Shown: in pieces, positions 50,049-62,040 of the stretch
Layout: every line of letters begins with the position of its first letter
Numbering within the stretch: the stretch's first letter is position 1
From: Octopus vulgaris
Taxonomy: Eukaryota
Direction of reading: 5' to 3'
Length of the DNA: 64,000 nt
NCBI GenBank assembly: GCA_951406725.2
Contig: OX597826.1
Coordinates: 79,298,001 to 79,362,000 of the forward strand
Made by a program: the position numbers and the translations under genes
The notes under the pieces: model-generated
Database searches by the model: none
Told to the model about the DNA's origin: nothing
Seen by the model: the letters and a program-made list of their open reading frames with translations, nothing else

Positions 50049-51515
50049 TTAAATCTCATTGTGTGTGAAATAATTATTTTTGGGAGATGTCTGATAGGGC
50101 TGAATGTATCTGCATTCTTCAGCCGATAATTGGTGCCTGTATGGCTGTGGGGTTAAGGAGCTTACTTCTGAACCATGTAACCATGGGTTCAGTCCCTACT
50201 ACCTTAGGCAAGTGTCTTGCTTCTGAATGGGTTTGGTAAAAAGAAACTAAAGAATTCAGTCATACATATGTGTGTGTGTGTGCACGCATACATGGATGAG
50301 TGCATATGTGTGTGTGTGTGTGTGTGTGTCTTGATATTACATAATGGTTGGCATTAGGAAGGACATCAAGCCGTAGAAACCATGCCAAAGCAGACAATTT
50401 GAGTGTGGGGTGTGGCTCTTGGCTTTGCAAGGCTCTTGTCGAACCTTCCAACTCATGCCAGCACGGAAAGCAGATGCTACATGATGACAATGGCCAACCA
50501 TTCCTGTGCTGGCATGGGTTGGATGGTTTGACTGAGGTCTGGATAGCCAGGAGGCTGCACCAGGCTCCAATCTGATCTGGCAGAGTTTCTACAGCTGGAT
50601 GACTTTCCTAACACCAACCACTCTGAGAGTGTAGTGGTGCTTTTTACATCCCACTGGCACAGGAGCCAGTAAGGCGGGCCTGGCATTGATCATGTTTGTG
50701 TGACTGGTGCTTTTTACGTGTCACCAGCACAGGAGCCAGTCAGGGGGTACTGGCATCGGTCTATGTGTGTGTGTGTGTGTTTTGTCTTCTAAACATCACT
50801 TGACAACTGATGCTGGTGTGTTTACATCCCCGTAACTTAGCAGTTCGGCAAAAGAGGCTGACAGAATAAGTACTAGGCTTACAGAGAATAAATTCTGGGT
50901 TTAATTTGCTCGACTAAAGGTAGTGCTCCAGCATGGCCACAGTCAAATGACTTAAATAAAATAAAAATAAAAATAAAATTAACTTATTTGTTATTATTTC
51001 TCTTGGAGCACTTAGTGGTCTCTTCAGGATCGTAGGGTTCCAAGGAGTCCTTGGTTGGGAACCACTCAGCCAGACAAAGTCTGCTCTTTTGCTTTCACTC
51101 ATCCTTATGTGGGCGTTTGTGGGATGTTGCGTGTGTTTATCAGTGACTGGGTTGTAGTTTCAAGTGACCAAACTTGACACCATATTTGGCGTTAGGAAGG
51201 ACATCCAACCAGGGAAGCTTTGCCAATACAAACTGGAGCCTGGTGCAGCTCTCCGGCTTACCAGTTCCAGTCAAACCATCTGACCCATGCCAGCATGGAA
51301 AAACGGACATTAAGTGATGACAATTCAAACTATAAATGTGTGTCTCTCTCTGAACATCTCACTTGTCTTCCAAGCTGCACTTGGTAATAATTTTTGTTTT
51401 GGCTTTTTACTTTTTATTTTCTTGTTTGTTGTTATTCTATATCTCCTTCTTTTGCTATCATTTTTTTAATCAGTCAACTGATTTATATATTTATTTATTT
51501 TTTTATATATTCCAG

Positions 51516-51626
51516 GATTCCTTTTTCATTCTGGATGTCCCTCTTGGAGTTATCTCCCGTGTTGAGAAGATTGGTGGCGCTACAAGCAGAGGAGAGAACT
51601 CATATCGAATTGACATCCTCTGTAAA
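51516..51626 (+). CDS. MTMR2: MTMR2-like coding exon (111 bp, phase 0/0), PH-GRAM
   Basis: ttccag|[37 protein letters not shown]|gtaagt. Confidence 0.96.
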
Positions 51627-54162
51627 GTAAGTGACCCTCACTCCTTTTTTTTTATAGATTTTTTCCTCCTTTCTTTGATACGATGATTGTGTTATAAGTA
51701 GGAAGTTGGTCAAGAGGACAGATTAGTGGGCAACCAATCGAGAGGTTACCAGTTCATGCATTGTACACATTGTACCAGTGGCAATGGCCTTAGTTTGTAT
51801 TTGCGTAATTAATGCAGAAAGTATCAATAATCTAACAAGAAAAGAATTTATGCTGCGTGGAGAGACCTGTCAGTCATTGACTAATATTATTTTGCAACAA
51901 CCATGGAAGAAAAATCTGGGTATGTTTTAGTCTTGTTAAACCTCTTCAGCTACACACATACTTTGCTGCTCTTGCCACAGTATCATCATCATTATCGTTT
52001 AATGTCTGCTTTCCATGCTGGCATGGGTTGGAAGGTTTGACTGAGGACTGGTGAGCTAGAAGGCTGCACCAGGCTCCAATCTGATCTTGCAAGGTTTCTA
52101 CAGCTGGATGTCCTTCCTAACACCAACCACTCTGAGAGGGTAGTGGAGGCTTTTACGTGCCACCAGGCCAGTCAGGTGGTACTGGCATCAACCACTCTTG
52201 AATGGTGCTTTTTACATGCTACTGGCACGGAAGCCAGTCAAACTGTACTGGCATCAACCATGCTTGAATGGTGCTTTTTACATACTACTGGCATGAGAGC
52301 CAGTCAAGCGGTACTGGCAATGACCATGCTCAAATGGTGCTTTTTATGTGCCTCCGGTATGGGTGCCAGACATGTGGTCCTGGCATCGACCATGCTTGAA
52401 TGGTGCTGTTTACGTGCTACTGGCATGACAATGATTTCACATGACTCAACAGGTCTTCTCGAGCACACTTCATTGCCCACTGATTGAAGGGTACTCTTAA
52501 ATGGGCCAGAATCATTAAGTATCATTTAGCATATGTTAACTGTCATGCATTTCTAGGCTAAGGATATTAAAAATCTTCAGGAAGGGCATCCAGATTGGAG
52601 CCTGGTGCAACCTTCCGGCTTGCCAGCTCTCAGTCAAACCGTCCAACCCATGCTAGCATGGAAAGTGGATGTTAAACGATGATAATGATGATGATGTTCT
52701 CCTTCTGAAAAAAAACAAAACAATAGTTAGTGTTAACATATCTAATTTGGTGAGCATTAGTCATTTAGCATTTAAACTTGCAATATTTGGCCCAAATTTT
52801 CTACCTGTTTGATGTTCAAACTAGCCAGATCTAACCTCTCCCACCTACCCTACAATGTCATTCTAAAAAGTGTTTAATCACATTAAACTCAAAACAATGT
52901 TAATAAATAAATGTCACATTCAACATAGTAATCTGAATGCTAAAGGGTTAAAAAGCTGTTTAGGAAAAATTATGTGGTGAGGTGAAACAAAAGACAAATT
53001 ACTAATCATTTGTTTAAATGAAAATAAATACTGTCAGTCTTAATTGCCAAGTGGTGCTTCGTTAGTGCTGGTGCCATGTAAAAAACACTCAGTCCACCCT
53101 GCTGAGTGGATGGTGTTAGGAAGGGCGTCCAGCTGTAAAAATCCTGCCAAGACAGACACAGAAGTCTGGTGTAGGCTCCTGCCTGGCCAGCTCCTGTCAA
53201 ACCATCCCACCCATGCCAGCATGGAAGATGGAGGTTTAACGATGATGATGATGATGTTAAAAGGCTGCAAGGTGGCAGATTCATTAGCATGCCAGGCAAA
53301 ATACTTCGTGGCATTTCATCCATCTTTACATTCTGAGTTCAATTTCTGCTGAGGTTGACTTTGCCTTTAATCCTTTTGGGGTGGATAAATTAAGTACCAG
53401 TTGTGTACTGGGGTTGATTTAGTCAACTGGGCCCCTCCACAAAAATTTCGGGCTTTGTGCCTAGAGCAGAAAAGAATAAAATAAGTGTAATTGGTTTGCC
53501 CCTCCCCTCAAACTTTCTGGCCTTATGCCAAATGTTTGAAACCAATATTAATAGCTGTGGTTAGTTGAGCAAGATATACAATTCCCGGAAACCTTGCTAG
53601 TTGATTGGATTTTGCTGATGGGTACAATGGTTCATGTAATAGTCCGGTTCTGTATTAAATATCCTTTTCCACTCTAGGCACAAGGCCCGAAATTTTGGGG
53701 GAGTGGACCAGTCGATTAGATCACCCCCCAGTATGCAACTGATACTTAATTTATCGACCCCAAAAGGATGAAAGGCAAAGTCAACCTCGGCTGAATTTGA
53801 ACCCAGAATGCAAAGACAGACGAAATACCGCTAAGCATTTTGCCTGGCATGCTATCATTTCTGCCAGCTCACTGCCATTCTGTATTAAATATTGACACCC
53901 GCATCTAAGCATTGTAGTCACCATTTAGGTGAATTGATAAAAATATACTTAAGCAAGCCCCGTCATAGGTACAAAGTAAATATCTTTGATTACTAATCTA
54001 AGTTGCTGATTAAGATTAATAATATTGATTATATACTACGGAGTTGTTGTAAGCTGTTACTAGAAAGGTCAAAGCCAAATCTGTGAGTTAATTAAGACAT
54101 CTTACCTCATTGTTAGTCATTGTACTTAAAGTTTTTGGGACAATAGCTCTCTCTTTCTCTAA

Positions 54163-54219
<57 letters not shown>

Positions 54220-55166
54220 TGTCTAAGGTGGCGAGCTGGCAGAAACATTAGCGCGCTGGGTGAAATGTTTAGCAGTATTTCGTCTGTCGTTATGTTCTGA
54301 GTTCAAATTCCGCCGAGGTCGACTTTGCCTTTCATCCTTTCGGGGTCGATAAATAAAGTACCAGTTTTGCAACTGGGGTCATTGTAATTCCTTTGTCCTT
54401 GTATGTCCCCTCTATGTTTAGCCCCTTGTGGGCAGTAAAGAAATATATATAATTATGTCTGTGCTTGTGTGTGTGTGTGTGTGTGTGTGTGCTCAACCCT
54501 GCATATATTAATGAACAGGTTGTCAATGAATAAATAAATAGATAAATAAATCAATATTACATGTCTGTGTGTCTGGCAGCAAGGATTTGTTTGAACTTTC
54601 TGTAATATCATCATCATCATCATCGTTTAACATCCGCTTTCCATGCTAGCATGGGTTGGACGATTTTGACTGAGGGCTGGCGAACCAGATGGGTGCACCA
54701 GGTTCCAATGTGTTGTATCAAATTTAGAATAAATATTGGGGTTCTCTTAATGAAATTTGCCCTTCATGACACTGCTCCAGCATGGCTTCTATCCAATTTT
54801 TTGAAGTAAGCAGAAGAAGAAAAGTATATCATCATCATTTAACATCCATTGTCCATGCTGGCATGGGTTGTGGGAGTGAGAGAGAGAGCGAAACAGCCCT
54901 TCAAATTGGTGGTTAGTCAGATTAGCAACCATTTCATTAATAAAAGACATCAAACTCTGTCGTACGTTGGTAATTGCTTCGTAACCGATGCCAATACAAT
55001 ATTCCTGAGGATAGAATGATCCCATTTTCAATATGAATTAGGGATTAGGGAGTCTTGTCCGTCATCATCAACCGTCTTCGTTAAGAATCCTCATTGTCTT
55101 CATTAAAAATCTGCCTCATCATTATCATCATTGTATCATTGTTCTGTTTTATTTTCCATTCTAAAG

Positions 55167-55268
55167 GACATGAGGAATTTGAGATTTGCCCACAAACAGG
55201 AAAACCATTCTCGGAGACAAGTCTTTGAGAAGATTCAACTTTATGCTTTTCCAATTACCAACAAATTT
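55167..55268 (+). CDS. MTMR2: MTMR2-like coding exon (102 bp, phase 0/0)
   Basis: ctaaag|[34 protein letters not shown]|gtgagt. Confidence 0.96.
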
Positions 55269-56100
55269 GTGAGTAGACACATGTTTTTTCTTCCTTTATT
55301 TCATATTGTTGTTGTTGTCACTGTTGTAACTGTCCGCCAAGATGTGTTAACCCTTTAGTCTTTGAACCAGCCATATCCTGCCAAAATATTCTACCTGTTT
55401 TATGTTCAAAATGGCCAGATCCAGCCTCTCACACCTACACATACAATGTCATTCTTATAAAGTAACAGTTGCCTCATCAAAACCTCAAAGCTACGAGATA
55501 ATGCATGATTCATTCAAAACAAAGGGAATAAATAAGGATGCCATTCGACAGAGCAATCTGAATGCTAAAGGGTTTCAGAATCACATGTCACTTGTAGAAT
55601 CCAATTTTGATAAAATTTCAATGGCTGAATGCCCTTCTTAACACTGGGGTACCATTATTTTCATAGGTTGTACTGGGTACGTTTTATTGTAACATCACCA
55701 TGAGAGCTTTGTAGGGTCTCTGTTGAAGGTAGTGAGACCAAGCAGGGGGTGAATGGAAGAGCCAGTGGTTATAGGGGTAGAGTGAGTGTGTGATGAATGA
55801 GAAAGGGATTGGAGTGGGAGTGTGGAGTGTTGGGACAGTGGTGGTGGGCAGGGGAAAAGCAGACGGTCAGAAATAGCAGCTATGTAATGTTGTGTGGGAG
55901 CAGGCATGGGCAACCTTTTTCATGGAGAAGTAGGCTGCATGAGGCATGGCTCATTACCAAGTGAGCCACTTTACTAACGAAGCTGCAAGGTAATTCTTTA
56001 ATTAGGCATGCCTCTCAGAAAGTTCCGTGGGTTGCAGATTGGCCATGACTATGTTAGAGAGAGATTGTGTTGTAGATGATAACAGAGATAAGAGGAGGAG

Positions 56101-56147
<47 letters not shown>

Positions 56148-56875
56148 AGGAGGTGAGAGAGAGGAAGAAAATGCTGCATGTCAATAATTGATGGTTGTGG
56201 GAAGAGGGAATGATAACAAGCTGCAGAGAAAGATTGAAGGGGGGAGGGGCGGTGTGCCAGATTTGAACAGTTTTGGTGCTAATTCTCATCCATATACATC
56301 TTGATGAGAGAGAGAGAGAGGAGGGACGGAGGGAGGGTGAATGAGGTGGTGGTAGATGTAGATGCTAGAATATATCTGGGGCCCCTAACAGGTGTTACCA
56401 CTAAAGCTCAGAGTAGACATGAGGAACAATAGTGGCCAAGTGGTGGGTCCACTCTTTTCAAAGCCCTGGAACTCATGCATTGAGGCCTGATTACTGGATG
56501 CAGTTTAAAGATGAAAGAGAGCAATGATTATGTCGTATCAATTATACAGTATTAATTATATAACAAAAGAACCATAGGCATCCGGCCATAACCCCGGGGA
56601 ACATTATAGATATGTATATATAATAAACAAGCCAGGATTTGCTAGGTTCAGGGTTCAATTCTCTGTAATGGCTACTAAGGATATTTACCTGATCTTCTAA
56701 GCTGTTTCCACAACTATTCTGCATTTGAGATTTCCTTCGTATATATGCTTGTATATGTATATATGTATAAATCCTTAAAAATGTTTTAGCCCGAAGGCCG
56801 CGGCCATGCTGGGGCACCACCGCTGTATGTAGATAAAATATATCTTCATTGAATATTTGTTATTTCTCTTTGCAG

Positions 56876-56959
56876 CCATTGTTTGCTTTCCAATTCAAAG
56901 CTAATTATGAAGAGGATGGATGGTCTATATCTGACCAACTTGCTGAATTTAAACGCCAG
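56876..56959 (+). CDS. MTMR2: MTMR2-like coding exon (84 bp, phase 0/0)
   Basis: ttgcag|PLFAFQFKANYEEDGWSISDQLAEFKRQ|gtaaat. Confidence 0.95.
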
Positions 56960-57866
56960 GTAAATCCATTTTTTAATGATTACATTGTTTGTTGGGATCT
57001 GCAAATTGTGACTTCTGCTCTATATTATAGAAGAGTCAGTTTCCAAATCCAAATTCTTCTCCATGTCCCCTTATGTTTTACCCATGGCCTTAACAAAGCC
57101 CTATTATTATCAATAATTCAGTGTCAGTATATAGTTTGTTTCCTAAGTAAGGCGTTTAATTTTGCCTGTCCAAATTTCCCTGAATTAACAAAAGACAGGT
57201 TCCACACTTCATAAATGAGTGGGTAACATCTGGCTGCAACCTGTCTTGCTTCAGTGAACATCTTCCCATTCATAGAAGCATAGAAAAAAATGGACGGAGG
57301 ATAAAAAAACTCACCCCCAAATGCAGTAAGGTTACTGTGTTATTGATAAATATTTATTAAGCTTAATATATTCCCTTCCTTAAGCCCTTCACTTTCTATA
57401 AAGAAAGGGCCTTCAGTGACCCTTCTCTACTGTTCTCTGCTCTGGCCTGTCTTTTCTGCTTCCCTCTTGTTGGGTCCCTACTTTTTCAGCCCTGCCTCAG
57501 TATTTCACCTCCAGCTCTTTTTAGGGTGTCCTCTCTTTTATTTCCCTTGTGATCAGAGCAGGGCCTGGCATAGCATGTTTCCATAAGGGGTCACTGACTG
57601 ACATAGTCTAACTGCAATTGTATCACTTCTCTACCAAATAGTATATCATCACTTGTACCTCTCTCTTTCATAATTTTCTTACATCCGGAGATTTGACCTC
57701 TCACAGCCTCTTCCCACTTCTATCCTCCGTCCTCCTCATTAACAGGCAAGCCATCACCAAGAGCACACTACACGTTTTCATCCAACACTCATTAACCATC
57801 TGCATTCATATGTCTATACCAGTGCAGTGGTCTCTATTAATGCATGCATCAGCCAATACCATAAAC

Positions 57867-57940
<74 letters not shown>

Positions 57941-58029
57941 CTTATCCTTTGAGGTTGGATTTGTCTGGTTTGATGTATAAAATGTTAACTGTTTCACGTC
58001 TACACACACACACACACACACGTATAAAT

Positions 58030-58068
58030 GTCTCTTTGAAGGCGTGGGTTCGTATCCCACCGCTGCCA
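58030..58068 (+). pseudogene. 3' half of a tRNA-Leu (variable arm, T arm, acceptor strand)
   Basis: GTCTCTTTGAAGGCGTGGGTTCGTATCCCACCGCTGCCA differs at 3 of 39 positions from the metazoan tRNA-Leu(AAG/TAG) 3' end as I recall it (GTCTCTTCGGAGGCGTGGGTTCGAATCCCACCGCTGCCA). The 5' half is absent. Confidence 0.75.
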
Positions 58069-58116
58069 CAATAAAATTTGTCCAACCCATGCCAGCATGG
58101 AAAATGGACGTTTTAC

Positions 58117-58153
<37 letters not shown>

Positions 58154-58173
58154 TATTTGTGTTTCCTTTGCAG

Positions 58174-58245
58174 GGTATACCGAACACTTGGCGAATCAGC
58201 CGTGTTAACGAGAACTATGAGCTGTGTGATACATACCCAAGTTTG
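58174..58245 (+). CDS. MTMR2: MTMR2-like coding exon (72 bp, phase 0/0), start of the phosphatase domain
   Basis: ttgcag|[24 protein letters not shown]|gtaagt. Confidence 0.96.
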
Positions 58246-58340
58246 GTAAGTGTGTTGCTTTTATTTCTTTGTCTGCTTCCATTACCCCCCTCTCTCTCTC
58301 TCTCTTGGAACAGGTGGTCCATATGAGCCAGAACAATTAT

Positions 58341-58385
58341 TCTGTGCTGATGAAGAGAAATAACCCAGAAATCGTGATACACAGA
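58341..58385 (+). ncRNA. Minimal type I hammerhead-ribozyme-like motif (Penelope type), sense in an MTMR2 intron
   Basis: TCTGTG-CTGATGA-A-GAG-AAATAA-CCC-A-GAAA-TCGTGA-TA-CACAGA: stem I TCTGTG/CACAGA, intact CUGAUGA and GAAA cores, short near-palindromic stem III, AUA cleavage triplet. Stem II has one A-C mismatch. Confidence 0.6.
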
Positions 58386-58400
58386 TATTGTTTTGAGCGA

Positions 58401-58444
<44 letters not shown>

Positions 58445-58602
58445 TCAAAAGATACCTTAGGAATGGGAGCCCTGGTTTAGGACTAATGTTGCTGTAATTT
58501 AGCCCCAGGAGACATCGTCTTCAGCTGGCTATACAACACGATCTGTGTCCTTATCTTTTCGAACAAGGGAATCTAGCACCTCCCACTCAGCTCAAAACAA
58601 TA

Positions 58603-58647
58603 TCTGTGTATCATGATTTCTGGGTTATTTCCCTTCATCAGCACAGA
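58603..58647 (-). ncRNA. Minimal type I hammerhead-ribozyme-like motif (Penelope type), antisense copy
   Basis: Minus strand TCTGTG-CTGATGA-A-GGG-AAATAA-CCC-A-GAAA-TCATGA-TA-CACAGA: stem II GGG/CCC, palindromic stem III ATCATGAT. Confidence 0.65.
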
Positions 58648-58863
58648 ATAATTGTTCGGCTAGAGGTGACGATGTCTCCTGGGGCTAAATTACAGCAACA
58701 TTCGTCCTAAACCAGGACTGCCATGTTATGTTGGCAAACAATCTTTACTCCAAAGTACCGTTGCTGAATATCTCATGTTGTGAGATTAAAAAAAAAAAAA
58801 AGTAATTTTCTTGGTCATTTTTATGTCTGATTCACTCCAGCTATCTCTTTCTTCTTTTTTCAG

Positions 58864-58938
58864 CTGGTTGTTCCCAAAACGGCTTCCGATGAGTATTTGC
58901 GTCATGTTGCTGGATTCCGTAGCAGAGGACGTCTTCCA
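58864..58938 (+). CDS. MTMR2: MTMR2-like coding exon (75 bp, phase 0/0)
   Basis: tttcag|LVVPKTASDEYLRHVAGFRSRGRLP|gtaagt. Confidence 0.96.
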
Positions 58939-59127
58939 GTAAGTGTCTTTTTAAACTTTTATTCTGTTTTGTTATTTTGTTTCTTCAAACAAATCACCAT
59001 ATTTACAAGACAAGAATATAACTTATAGTATAGTACTTATTCTATCGGTCTCTCTTGCTAAGTTACATGGACGTAAACACACCAGCATCGGTTGTCAAAC
59101 GATGTTGCTGGGACAAACAGAGGCACA

Positions 59128-59179
<52 letters not shown>

Positions 59180-59480
59180 CATACATACATACATACATAC
59201 ACGACAAGCTTCTTTCAGTTTCCGCCTACCAAATCCACTCACAAAGCTTTGGTTGGCCCGCAGCTATAGTAGAAGACTCTTGCCCAAGGTCCCATTATTT
59301 TTAAACATAGATTGTACCATATGGGTGCATAAAATCATTTTAAGTGAGGTATGTTTGGAAATAAATTGCAATGATATAATAAGATACGTTCTTACCTCAA
59401 AAGGGGTTGATTATTGTCTGAGGGGTGTTGTTAAAATGAGGGTTACTAGGAGAACGAGGGGCTCTGTATTCCATATTAAG

Positions 59481-59512
<32 letters not shown>

Positions 59513-59596
59513 CCACCACCACCATCTACTACTACTACTACTACTTGATAGTTTATCCTTACTTATTCAGAGTATTTCTGTGTCTGTTTTCAACAG

Positions 59597-59785
59597 GTGA
59601 TGTCATGGATCCACCCAGAGTCGCAGGCGACCATCACTCGTTCCAGCCAACCTTTGGTCGGAGTCACTGGCAAGCGGAACAAAGAAGATGAACAATACAT
59701 TCAGATGATTATGGATGCCAACGCCCAGTCGCACAAACTGTTCATCATGGATGCTCGACCCAGTGCAAATGCCATGGCCAACAAG
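59597..59785 (+). CDS. MTMR2: MTMR2-like coding exon (189 bp, phase 0/0)
   Basis: caacag|[63 protein letters not shown]|gtcacc. Confidence 0.97.
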
Positions 59786-60190
59786 GTCACCGACTCTTCT
59801 TTACACATTCAAGCTCATTCTAACCTCATCTCTTCTTCTCTTCTCTTCTCCTCTCTCTTCCCCTTCCTCTCTTCTCTTTCCTCTTTCTCTTCTCTCTTTC
59901 CTCTTTATCTTCTCTTTTCCCCTTTTCTCTCTTCCCCTCTTTTCTCTTCCTCTCTTCTCTTTCCTCTTTCTCTCTTCCTCTCTTCTCTTTCCTCTTTCTC
60001 TTCTCTTTTCTCTTTCTCTCTTTCCTCTTTCTCTCCTTTCTCTTTCTCCCCTCTCTTTCCCTCTTCTTCTCTCTTCTCTTTCTCTTCCCTCTTCCTCTTT
60101 TTCTCGCTTTCTGTCTTTTCTCTTTTATTCTCCCTTGTTGTTGTTGTTGTTATGCTCATTTACAACTACCAAACAATGTCAAGACAAGGA

Positions 60191-60224
<34 letters not shown>

Positions 60225-60631
60225 ATCTAGCCGTAGAAACCATTCCAAAGCTAACATGTGTAGCCTAGCAGCTTGCTGGATTCTGGCAAATCATCCAACC
60301 CATGACAGCATGGAAAACTGGTATTAAATGAGATAATGATGATATTTATATGTGTTTATGTGTATATATATATATATATTTATATATTTATATATTTGAA
60401 AAAATGAGTAGAGATGGCTTTTGGTGGGATAATTTTTATTTTAATGATAATGTTTACAGTTACTCTAATGAGTTTCAAGCTTTTCGATAGCCGTTTTCAA
60501 ACTGAAATTCTGTGGTTTAGAAGGCTGTGTATATAGCAACAGACTTTTTTCTTACAAGTATACAAATAAAAAGTAAAAATAGGAAACAAAAGATAGAAAA
60601 AAAAAAGTAAAGTAATATGTTTTATTTTTTA

Positions 60632-61025
60632 CTAGCAGTATCGCCCAGCGTTGCTCGGGTTTGTAAGGGAAATAACTATATAAGGATTTTTAGAGAGTTA
60701 TAGCCAAAAAATAGCAAAAAAATGCATTAAAAATGGAAAAAAATGATGGTAAATTTTTTTAAATCGTTGACTCATCATAGACATTTTTAGAGAGTTACTT
60801 CTCTTATATAATAGCAAAAAAAATGCATTAAAATGGAAAAAAATAATGGTAAATTTTTTTTTAAATCGTAGACTCATCATAGACACACGCTAATACCCAG
60901 AAGGGCTTGATATGAATCACAACTATAAGATACCCGGTTTTGGTTAAATTGCACTGCAAAATGTGGGAGTAGTTAGGAATCTAAATCGTAGGAGACAGAC
61001 ACAACTTGACTTTTATATATAAAGA
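60632..61025 (-). mobile_element. Non-autonomous Helitron
   Basis: Minus strand begins A|TCTTTATATATAAAA and ends with the hairpin CCCGAGCAACGCTGGG then GCTAG|T. Inserted between A and T with no TSD. Internal duplication at 100-bp spacing (60711/60811). Confidence 0.85.
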
Positions 61026-61108
61026 TGTGAGTTTTTTGCCAGATGGCAAAGAAAACTGGGAAAGTAGTTAATGGTCACAATAATGCTGTCTTTTATGGTA
61101 TTTTTCAG

Positions 61109-61200
61109 GCTAAAGGAGGGGGATATGAGAACGAGGATGCTTATCACAATGCTGAGCTGATTTTCTTTGATATTCCTAACATCCATGTGATGAGAGAGAG
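61109..61200 (+). CDS. MTMR2: MTMR2-like coding exon (92 bp, phase 0/2)
   Basis: tttcag|[30 protein letters not shown](S)|gtaaat. Confidence 0.97.
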
Positions 61201-61946
61201 GTAAATATGACTTGTTTTTTTTTTTTTACTTTTCATACGTACACCCATATTCACACATTATAACACATAGACACACAGACAGACACACAAGCCCAATCAT
61301 ACACATATTTGCCCTCCTCCCACTGTCCACTTGACCTAGATCTTAACACTGTCTTCCAAACATCAACACCTTTCGGATATCTTGCATAATGACACAATGG
61401 GTTTTTTTTACGGTATTCAAGTCAAACTTTTTCGATGAAAATTTTCAGTCAAAAAATAGGTCAGTTGACTTCTAAATAAACCAAGACAATTTTGGAGGGC
61501 CAAAAATTCTATGTGAACTTCTGCAGGACTTGGAAAGACAACAATAATGTTTGAATGTTTACACATGTATCAGGACAATTACCTTTCTAGAACAATTCCC
61601 CCCGATGACAACTACCCCCTAGGACAATTATCCCCCTTGGTTAATTACTCCCTCTCTAATATATTAAAAAGTTTTAAATCATCATCTGTTGTCCTTGAGG
61701 TGGGGGTGGAGGATTGTTCATGGGGTGGTGGGGTAAATATCCTAGACTCATTTACACAACATATACTATATGATATGTTGGCTTGTAAGCCATAAAATGC
61801 ATTATACCACAATGTCCACAGTACTATGGTCAACCCTCAACGTGTTACAAAGGGGCCAGCTGCTTCACACACTCATTATTGTAATGTCTACAAAACCGAT
61901 TGCTTGATTTGAAGATAAACCTTCTGTTTCTCTTTCTCTTTTTCAG

Positions 61947-62040
61947 TTTAAGAAAGTTAAAAGATGTCTGTTTCCCCAACATCAATGAGACTCATTGGTT
62001 GTCCAATATTGAGTCAACACGTTGGCTGGATCACATCAAG
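61947..62040 (+). CDS. MTMR2: MTMR2-like coding exon (94 bp, phase 2/0)
   Basis: tttcag|(S)[31 protein letters not shown]|gtgagc. Confidence 0.97.

Noticed and set aside
59786-60268. Read-through extension of ORF 59597-60268 as a hydrophobic C-terminus
   Set aside because: Homology ends at ANK|gt and resumes at 61109. The extension is a CT-rich intronic repeat, although the gtcacc donor is weak.
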